NCBI GenBank assembly: GCA_030704615.1
Contig: CM060734.1
Coordinates: 10,726,001 to 10,790,000, forward strand
Reading direction: 5' to 3'
Length of the DNA: 64,000 nucleotides
From: Takakia lepidozioides
Taxonomy: Eukaryota; Plantae; Bryophyta
Part shown: positions 24,176 through 34,519 of the stretch, piece after piece
How the letters are laid out: every line of letters begins with the position of its first letter
How positions within the stretch are numbered: position 1 is the first letter of the stretch
Notes under the pieces: model-generated
What the model saw: only the letters and a program-made list of their open reading frames with translations
The model's database searches: none
Told to the model about the DNA's origin: nothing
Made by a program: the position numbers and the translations under genes

Positions 24176-26621
24176 GTGCAAGCAGGGGAGAAAATGTCAA
24201 AATATTTCTTTGACAAAACCAGGTTGAGGAGAGCCACCCAAAGCATCTCAGAGTTGGTCGACCAAACCACGGGGACCTCGGCATCTACCCCTAACGAGAT
24301 GTTAGTCCTGTCATCGGTCTACTTTAAGCAGCTCTTTTGCAGTGCTCATGGTAGCCTGTCTCCCTCGTTCCTCCAGGAAAATTGTCTCCTTCACACCCCA
24401 ACGATCCTTACCCCTCACACTAGTGAGGTGTTGGAAGGCCAATTTACTGCTATGGAGTTGGAGGAGGCCCTTCTCAAGCTTCAGAACAATAAATCCCCAG
24501 GAATAGATGGGATCCCAGTGGAGTTTTATAAAGCTCTATGGTCTGACATTGCTGAAGATTTTACTGCTATGGCTAATCACCTCTTTGACAGCGGGGTGAT
24601 GCCCCCTTCTATGTCCTAAGGAGTTATTACACTTCTTTTCAAGAAAGGAGATAGAACCAATATCTCTAACTATCGACCGATAACCCTTTTGAATGTGGCA
24701 TACAAAATTATGGCTAAAGCTTTGGCTCTACGCTTGCAGCCACTTCTGCCAAATCTTATTCGTCCCAACCAAACAGGGTTTGTGAAAGGCAGATATATCT
24801 TGGACAATTTGCTGCTGGCTCAGGAACTTCCTCACTATGCTCACAGAACTAATCAAGCAATCGCCTTACTTCTTTTGGACTTCGAGAAGGCCTTTGACAA
24901 AGTGGGGTGGAGTTTTCTACTCGCAGCTCTATCCAAGATCGGATTTCAGCAATCTTTCTGCCAGTGGGTAAAAATCCTCCTTTCTACATCCTCTAGCAGG
25001 GTCATTGTGAATGGTCATCTCTCCCATTGCCTTTCCTCTTCTCAGATCTGTACGCCAGGGCTGTCCTCTAGCCCCGTTCATTTTCCTCATTGTGGCAGAC
25101 TCCTTGGGATATATGCTTTAGAACAACAGGCAGATCTCAGGCCTGAGCATAACCAACTACATCACTCGTCTGAACACTCAAGTCATTGACTCGATGTTCG
25201 TGGATGACACTTTCTTGATGCTCCAGGCCAACCAGCAGAACTTGGACTCGGCTGAGGCTACCCTGAACACCTTTTGCTCGGCTTCGGGATTCAAAGTTAA
25301 TTGGAATAAGGCTTCTGCTCTGTTGGTAGGAGATCTTTCTTAATCTATGCTTGGGGACACACCTACTTGGGGAGCAATCCACGGTCTGAAATGGCTTCAT
25401 CCAGGAGAACCCACAACCCTCATGGGTTACACTTATGGGATTGATCTCTCAGATGCTCAAAAGTTCAAAGCTGTGTTGACTAAACTGAAACAAAGCTCAC
25501 TTATTGGGGAGGTAGACATCTCTCCATAACGGGTAGAGTACTGATAGCCCATCGGATCCTAACTGCAGGCATTTGGTACTATGCTGCGGTTTGGCGTCCA
25601 AACTCTTTCCAAATTCAGGAAGTTAGGAAGTTAGCCAGGAATTACATTTGGGGAGCTGAAACCTCTGCTGAGAACAAAAGGCCTCAAGTGTCATGGATTC
25701 AAATCTGCCGCCCAAAGAAGAAAGGAGGTCTGGGGATCATAGATCCAGATCTGCAAATTTCGGCTCTACTAGCCAAATGGATACCCAGATTTTTGGGGCC
25801 AGAAGGGGGCCTTTGGAAATTCCTAGTGTATGACAATTTGGTCCTCTCATCCCCTCTGAAACTAGCAACTTGGGCCCCCTCTCTCCGATGGATCACTCGT
25901 GGTTTCAAACTCAAGTCTATCGGTTCCACTCTATGGTCAAACATATGACAGGCATGGGGTAGATTCCGTCAGTTTCTAGTCCAAAAACCAGCCGCTTCCT
26001 ACTACGAGGTCTTGTTTATGAATACCAACAAGCCTTCATCCCTACAGAAAAATCAAGCAAAATGTTGGTCCTCCTAGGACCACCTTGGGATCAGCCAGAT
26101 CAACAGCATTTGGGGTAACGGTGGCCTCAAGTCCCAAAATGACTTTGTCCACTTCTGTTGGTCGAGCAAGGGCTGTCACAGGGTATCAGGAGATCATACG
26201 ATCAATACCTCCAGAATGGATTACGTACCTTCAATCTGGTCCTTCTATCCCCTCCCTCCCGTGCTGGACTCTCATCATTCTCCACAACAGCCTCTCCATT
26301 CTGTTTGTTTCTGACTCATCTCCCTCCCATCACCTAGTCTTCACCTTTAGTATTGACACTATTTCCTTAACTCTCACCCTCCTCTCCACTACCCCTCTTC
26401 AAATCCCTCCTACCCCTCTCACACCCGTGCGAATCTGTGGATGGTCTCTGCCGGGAAGACCACTAAACCCTAAACCTGATCTCCTGTCACCTCTTCCTCA
26501 ATGGCTTGCTGGAAACACCTTTGTGTGGATCTTGGGTCGTCCACTGGCGGAGTTGGACATAGACCCAATGGAATGGTCTTGGAAGTTTGCAAGGAGCCCC
26601 GAACATTTTGCCAGAGTTTGA
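24176..26621 (+). mobile_element. L1/Tx1-clade LINE ORF2 reverse transcriptase remnant
   Basis: GEKMSKYFF; KSPGIDGIPVEFY; NYRPITLLNVAYKIMAK; QTGFVKGR; LDFEKAFDKV; RQGCPLAP; MFVDDT; W..IC.PK..GGLG; several stops and frameshifts; both ends truncated. Confidence 0.92.
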
Positions 26622-29600
26622 ACGAGATATCAATTGGAAGCATCTGAAGCCCTCTTCTACTGCCTCAAAGTTGCATTATAGATAGAATACTCTCTCATAA
26701 AAAGGCACTCGGTCAAAACCCTGCATCTTCCGTCTCTTGTGATTCTGCTTTTCGTGCTTCTTCTCTCCCAGAAACCCTGAGCCTTGTAGCGTTAGTGTAA
26801 TCCACGCATGACCTTCTTCTAAATTTCCTTCACTGCTTTTCTAGTCTGTTTTCGAGGATGCCCCTACTCTGGATTAAAACTCTTAATCTACATGAATTGA
26901 TGCAATTACCTCGGATTGCCTTAGTCAGATTGAGTTATGGCCATAGTAGTCAGATTTGCATTTCATGACGTTCTCTCGGGAAGAGAGGCAAGGTTCGTTA
27001 TTCACTGCTTGCAGTGTGTGTGCCTTATGGCGTAATTCGGGGTTTTATTTATTTTTCCCCAAAATAAACTTAATAAAAATCCCAGGGATACAATCCCCAT
27101 GTTAATGATTTTTTTTTTAAAATAAGGAAAAAATAACCTTACAAAGAGCCATGAAGGTAGATGATTGAGGTTCCACTCCGAGCCAAAAACACGGAAGGAA
27201 TGGAGAAAGTTCAAGGAGGGAGAAAGAGCCAGAAAAGATGGCAACAAGAGGGGTCACATATTCTACAAAGCATTCAGAACCACAAGAGCCTAAACTATAA
27301 GTTACTCCGAAGGCTTTGCCAGAAGAATAGAGAAAAGAACTATGTGCTACCCCTTTTCTTTTTACGAGCCTCAATCGAGAGTTGAGCTTTCGATTTCCCC
27401 TTTCTGAGGCTACGCTTGTGGTGCCTCCAGTTGACTTCGGCTTCATCAGACCCCAAGGGAGCTGAAATGCGAGCGCTAACTGAGATTGCTAACCGCCGTA
27501 ATAATTCTCCAGGAGGAGAATTGTTGGAAAAAAAAGAAAAGGAGGAAAGAATAACGGCAACAACTTGAGAGAAACGGAGGTAATGCGGTTCGAAGTTTGC
27601 CCAAACAAAGGTAAAATAGCCTACAAAGACAGGGAAGACAACGATGAAAGCTCCGTATACAAATTAATTAACAGCAACAAAGGAAGACCCCTAAACGAGG
27701 TCAAGTCCACTACGCGGACGCAAATGACAACGGGAGCAGGTTGTGCAACGAAGGCAAGACTGCCTAGGAGGGGATGAGAAGCCACGAGGATAACTATCGC
27801 TACGAGGGAAGCGAGGGGATGAAAAGGACAACTTGAATGGAAGGACTTCTATCAGGAAGGAATGATGGTGGTTACATATAACCAACCATACGTACAAAAG
27901 GTACCACGGAATGAACCACAAGCGACAAAAAATGCAATGGATAAAACGGCGCTGAAGGACAACGATGATGGAAACATGACGGAGCATGAAAAAAAGACGG
28001 CAGGAGAAGACAGACAGATACTCCCATGCTTCGAGCTCACGCCGTGCCATTACACAGACGCAAGAAAGGAGAGAGGCTTCGCCCACTTAGCACTACAAGC
28101 ATGCAAGAGGGGAAAGCGAGACTTTGTTCATTTAGCTCTGCAGCAACAAGTACGCGAGAGATCAGAAGCAAGGTATTTCATTTTTTTAGCACAGGATCAG
28201 AAGGAGCGCAGGAGGGTGACTGGTCAAGAATGCAGGCAAGAGACAGGAGAGGAGCACGAGATCACAAGTGCAGGTCAGCATAGAGCGAAGGCAGTTTCGT
28301 CGGGAGACAGTTCAGGACGCGCAGAAACAATGCCGAGGGAAACCAAGAAGAAGGTAGTCACTCCCAAGCCTAGGGCTTTTGACAAGTGATTGTCGGCCCT
28401 ACTTCGCTATCCCTGGCGTAGGTTTCAAAGCGTTGCAGAGGTGTTTCAACTGCACGGAGGCAACCTCAAGACTATGTAGAATGAGGATGGAGGCGTTGTC
28501 AGAAGTCCTCTGGTGCAAACAGACCCAGAATCTAATCCAGCCCGCATTGATGCAATGCATGGTGAAGGCGGAGACTTTGAAAGCGAAATGGGCGAAAGTG
28601 TTATTTGAAGGGCTTCACTGAGGGATGATCAGGGAGGTCAAGAAGGAGAGGCCGGATCCCACCAAGTCCGTAATAATTCGTTGGGGTCCCCTCGTACAAC
28701 ACTTCATGATCAAACAATGGAGGGAAATGACGTCAGACGAACTGGCAAAGATGGGAATCACGCGTAAGGCAGCTACGGTGCGCTATCAAGCCATGAGCTC
28801 GGGGCTGAAGCCTATTGACAGCGAGGAGACTCGTAGTGTCCGAGGTGAGGATAATGCGGGAGAAGCCTCATGACTAGAAGCGTCAAGGGTACCCTGCCTT
28901 CCAGTATGTTAGAGCAAATGCAAGGAATCGAGCTATCAGCACCAAGCTCGTTGTGGGGAACGCCCCCAACAGAAACGCTTGGGCCGGGGACAGGGCTCTG
29001 TGGCGCTGGCAGTTCGGGGCATTGCGCCGCTGGAGCATTTTTTGAAGGACAGGGCGGATATCAACGCCTCATTCCTTGAAGATGACAGAGGCGGCTCCCA
29101 AGATTCACAAGGGCGAGCCAAGTTCTTGAGAAGGAACAGTGGCAGGGAGAGAATACCAAGGGGGACGGGAGAACCAGAAGAAGAACAACTCCATGAGCTC
29201 AGGACAAAATGAAGGCAGGATGGGCAGAAGCAACGACAGCGGAGGTAGTGACTCCCACGAGCCCGCCCCCAACGGAGTCAGTAGCACAGACCTTTGAGAG
29301 ACAGGTACTGGCCCTAAGGCTGTATCAGAATCAATTAGAACAGCTGGAGGTGACCAAGAAGGATCTCTTGCAGTTGTACAAGGATTTTGAACAGCAAGGC
29401 AAGGCGAAGAGAGAGTTGGAACAAAGAATGCAAACCCCTATCCAGATGAGTATGGATACCCAGCAGAGGCTGGAGGAAATATAGGGAAAGCTGGCCAAAG
29501 TAAGCAAGCAGGCGAAGGAGAAATTGGCCCAATACGAGGACATGCTCAAAGGCACGGAGATAGTGCTGGAAGAGACGCGAGAACAATTGCGAGTAAAGGA

Positions 29601-32161
29601 GGAAGCACTGTTGACAGCCCAGGCTCAGGCGGAGTCCTACGAGCAAAATTATCGAGCTGAAAGGGCTCAACGAGAGAGCCTCAACATCAAGGCGGAGCAA
29701 ATATTTAGGGCCCTATGAAAGTCCAACAATACAATGGTCATACTACATAGGGACATGGCGTACTGGAAGACCCGCGGGATGTGGGCAAACGAGTTTTGGA
29801 AGGAGCTAGCAGCCCGGAAAGCCAAGGATATCGTAATATAGGCCGGCCAGAGGGAAGGGGTGCAGACAAACCAACCTGAGTGGGAGAACAAGTTCAAGAA
29901 TTGGGCCAGAGATTACTTGGATAGGGCGACCTCCGAAGCCCAGGAGTATAATATGTGTTGGACAATGTCTACGAACAATTGGGGGTAAGCGTGGAGGATG
30001 TGTTCACCCAAACCGAGGAGGAAAAGTGTAGGGTACGAGGAGGAGAAGGCTAAAGAGTTGACCGAGGATGTGGAGGAGTTCACCAGCAGATGGAAGGCTG
30101 TCTCGTATGCAGAGGAGACTTTGGAGGGAACCCGCACAGTCCTTGTTCTCACAGGTGGGACGGAAGACGAGGAAGATTTTGTTTCAATTACGAGGGAAAG
30201 GACGGCCATGGATACGGAGACAGGGAAGCTGGTGGCGCCTACCTTGGAGGACCGATCACGAGGGGATTTGGGGATCAGAGGCGGTGAGCCAGGGGAAGAG
30301 AGACCCCTCTTGACAACAAGGAAACCCCGTTGGTCCTCGCGGAGCGAATGAGCCAGGGATTAATGCCTACAGGTACAAACCGGGAAGAAGCGGTGGTATT
30401 GTCCAGTAGCGAGGAGGCTACGGGCGAATAAAACAGAGAGCAGCGGGAGGAGGCTACACGTGGCCAGATGATGGACGTGGGGAACACTGGCCAGGAGGGA
30501 CCACTCATTCAAGCAATAGCAAGGGCAGCGGAGCCAAGCGCTTTTTAGGAAGCCCCCAGGGACCCAGCCAGCTCGCAGACAATGGTTGTGTTTCCCAGAG
30601 GCCCTCCTGCCTTCAATAACGACCAGCAAACAACAATACCCCTGTTTGCCAAAGAATTTTTGGGAGCCATCAATGGCTCGCCGCAATGCAAGAGGAGAGA
30701 GAAGGGGTAAACCTACGAGTGTTCCCCGGGGGTGTTATGCCCATTTTCAGGCCCCAGGTACAAGCATTGAGGAGTCAGTCCCCAAGGAAGAAGAACGCAG
30801 GGAGCCACCCCAGGCTCAGACAGAGATCGTTCCAGCGCAAGGAGGAAAGGGACCTGTCTCGGTTCCTCCCATAAGGGCAGTATACATGGGTTAGGGACTG
30901 CCTATGCCGGTTTTGGATTCTACGAACTAAACTCTCTTCCCTCGTCGGAACAAGGCCTTGTCCTTGAGGGATTCTCGTAACTCCGCAGTATCATGCTCAA
31001 GGGATTAAGGCAGGTTGCAGCGTAGTTACTTAGCTGCTCGTGCTTGATCTCCATTAGGCAGTAAACCGTAGGATGTAATGCTGAATACACCCTGCACTAG
31101 CGTCGATTTTTGCATACTCAGCTGGCTCTTTGAGTACGATGTCCCCTACTACGAGCCTGAAAGCGGTCAAGTCCCGAAGCGTGCCTCTGGTGTTGCGCCA
31201 ATACGCATTAAAAAAATCCGCCGTCCACTCCTCTCGCTGGGGTGGTACGTAGGAGGCATTTTTGAACTTCAAGGCATTCTGGCTCTCCTTTGCATTTGAA
31301 ATATTTTGGGTGCGTCCCCTTCAGTGGGTGAGGCTTGCTCCAGTGTGTCAATCAGAGTGAATACAAATCCTGCATTTTTTATTCTAGTCTTTTCCTCTGC
31401 TATGAGATTCTGTCCTCATTCTACTTCAAATCCACCAGGCTTGCTGCGAAACATGACCATGGTGGGCTAAAGACTATAATGGTGTCTCATAAGCATCAAA
31501 GTCTCAATCGTAGGCGAGTTTTCCTGAAGAGGTACAATTCACGACTCAATCAGCACACCCTATCAAGTGGGGTTCGCTCAGAGTAACCTTCCCGATATTC
31601 TTGCTTGATTTCGGTTGTCAGCTAGTTATGGGAATCTGCTGGAGGACCCAATCCCCTTAGGAAGAGGTGGTGGCACAGTGAATATTTATTAAAGCCATGC
31701 ATGTAATGCTCATAACATTTTGAAGCCTACATTGGTCACACGAGGGGGTGAGCGTTGATTTTTCTTGCTGTTAAATCACCAACTGTCAGGATGATCACTC
31801 TCAAGGCCAAGAACAATCCTTCCGGCGTCTCTGGTATGGGCATCACATAGAGCAGGGTCTCCAAGGCCACCAAGTATTGGTTGGGGAGTAAGTATCTCTC
31901 AAAGGCTTCGACCGGTACTCCCGCCGTGTCAACGTGATCTACAAAGGTAAGGAGAAAAGGTACCTCTGAGGCTGGATTCCTTCCAGTGACGGTTTCTCCC
32001 TACCTTGCGCTAGGGTGATATCCTGGGGTGAATTCTCCTGCCTTTGGGAGTGGTTGCACACAACCGTAGGACTCGATGAAGCTGATCTCTTGACAGCACA
32101 TCGAGAGAATCGTGTGAGTGTCGTTAGTTGGCTCTCCAAAATTCGATTGAGAGGCCCTGTC
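26622..32161 (+). mobile_element. Probable LTR-retrotransposon internal region with decayed accessory ORFs (coiled-coil)
   Basis: Chain of purine-rich, stop-interrupted plus-strand ORFs at 27565-30894 with a heptad-rich segment (29209-29950); weak antisense ORF fragments at 31054-32139; no gag/pol motifs recognised. Confidence 0.45.
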
Positions 32162-32217
32162 TCTGAAATTGTACGTTACGATGCAGCTTAGATAGTTTGA
32201 TTCAAGTTAGTATTTCC

Positions 32218-32598
32218 AACTTTTCAAAACCTTAAGTTTTTTTCATATCTTAGATCCCTTTAGATCCATCAATTTATATACAAATCAAGAACTAATTTTT
32301 TTTCTTAAAAACAACTAAGTTGCAAATGAAGAACTATTTTTTAAAAACTATAATTAATCAATATATCTAAGCTATAAAATAAAATACTTATGTTTATCAA
32401 TCTCTAATTCTTTTTAGATATGTTATATATCCCTTTTCTTAAATGAATGTAGGTGATTTTTTTATTTTGGATATTTAATTATTAAAGTATTTTGTCAGTC
32501 TAGTAATATCCACGTTTTTCCTACTTTTCAAAACCTCAAGTTTTTTTTCAGATCTTAGATCCCTGAGCAGGTCCCTTTAGATCCATCAATTTATATAC
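32218..32598. repeat. Local direct duplication (~65-75 bp) in an AT-rich DNA-transposon-like segment
   Basis: ACTTTTCAAAACCT(T/C)AAGTTTTTTTCA(T/G)ATCTTAGATCCCT...TTAGATCCATCAATTTATATAC at 32218 and 32523. Confidence 0.85.
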
Positions 32599-33789
32599 CA
32601 TTTCACATCTACTAATATTTACGTTGCAAAAACATTTTTCTTATATGTCATATATTCTTAAGATTTTCATTATTATTTATCATATCTTCTTATATAATAT
32701 CATTTATAATTTACAATTTTCACTCCTGATGATCTGTATTTTTATATCTTATTAATAATATATATTTTCACCACATATATTTTATGCGATTACATTTAAA
32801 GTGTGTCAAATGTAACTATAATAATAATAAACATTAACTTAAAGATAATCATTTATTACTAACAAATACATATTTTATACATAAATTACTTTATGAACAT
32901 GCATATAGATTTTGTCTTGCATTATTTACGCTTCCTTCGGGAGGCATCAAATATTATTATATTTGTCTTGCATTCTAAAATTCATGAACAAGTAAAAAGT
33001 TATCCATGTCTTCGGTGATTGTTTGTTCGACTCTTTGCATTTTATTGGAGTATGCATATGCATCCAGAGAGTTGCGACAACAAAGCATGACTTATTTCTT
33101 ACAAAATTATCAAACCTCCAATAACGATATGTTGGAGATGGTTTCGGGACCTGTGAGAGGGTGTCTGGAACGTGCTGGCAAAGTTTGGAAGCTAACAAAA
33201 ATGATTTGGATGGGCAACCATCCGTTCACCCGTTGAATGTATTTTGTTGGAGCTGCTATTGCTTTGGGACCTGTTGGACTGTGTTTCGCGTGCTCACGAT
33301 TTGTTTTTCATTCCGTTTTTGAATGGGGCGTGTAATGTAGCCGTATGCAATGTGCGTGCCAAATTTGGGAGCGATCAAAATTTATTTGGACCCAAAACCA
33401 CGGTTTCTTCCCTGTTTTGCACTCCAAACTTGATTTGTGTTCTACTTCATGCACTCTTCATAGAGAGTTCTGCAATAGCGAACGAAAGAGAAATCAAAGC
33501 CATTATCTCAATATATTCTTGGAAAGTATGGACGACATGTAATTCAAAAAAGATTTCTTGATAAAAATGTATTGCAAAAATTAAGGGTACCCCACAGATC
33601 CCGTAAAAGTGTCTAAGTCCCAGACAGTCCTCCAACAGCCTGCTCCGATGCCCCGATGGTTTTTTGTTTTTTGGGTGTTACTGCACTCACCTGTTTCCTT
33701 GTCCTTTTCCTTTGGCCTTTACTCTTCTCATTCAATTTCTCCTGAATTCCTGCTTGAGCAAGCTCTGCCGCTTTCCTGGAGTTTGCAAG

Positions 33790-33990
33790 TTGGAAATGGG
33801 GATCTAGAAGGTGACAATCGCGCTATATTATGTCTAGCAAATTATTTGCAAAGACGAATATTAGTTTGGTCAAATACAACAAAAACAGTTATGTTATCAG
33901 CAGGTGATGAGTTGGTTTCGCAAACCCACTTCAAATACTTTATCTACTTTTCCTACTTTATCAAGTAAAAGTGGTCATTACGAGCCAATC
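33790..33990 (+). pseudogene. OTU-like cysteine protease C-terminal fragment (DNA transposon/Helitron-type cargo)
   Basis: LEGDNRAILCLANYLQRRILVWS... then, across frameshifts, NPLQILY...SGHYEPI; catalytic Cys motif not seen. Confidence 0.55.
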
Positions 33991-34519
33991 ATCTCTCATC
34001 TCTCAACATCGAGTCCCATATGTGAGGATATGTCAAACAGTGATCCCAACACATACTCAAAATGACACCCATCAAAGCTGTAATCGCAATTGTTTAGATG
34101 TACAAACATTGCAAACCATTTGACAAGTACTAATTTCCAATTATCTATAGACAATAGTGAATGTATGAACGTTCATACTAAACCAATACGTTTTAAATGG
34201 TTATCTATTCATGATACTATCATGTTTAATTTAATGGAAAATTATCCTTCTTCCACTCTCGAACACATAGCAGAAAGTTTTGCAAGACAACAAATGAATT
34301 TACAACTATCATTCTCTCAAATCTACTCTCACTTAAAGTATATCATCCAAAAACGAAGAAATGCTGCAAAACATATTGACAGTTCAATAATACAACTTGA
34401 CAATATTCCAAACAATGTACAACCAAGTAACAAAACTTTGCCTCCACTCCAATTTCATTCTCAAATGTTGAGGAAGAAATTAATTCGAACTCATCAGATA
34501 ATCATAAATACCAACAGAT

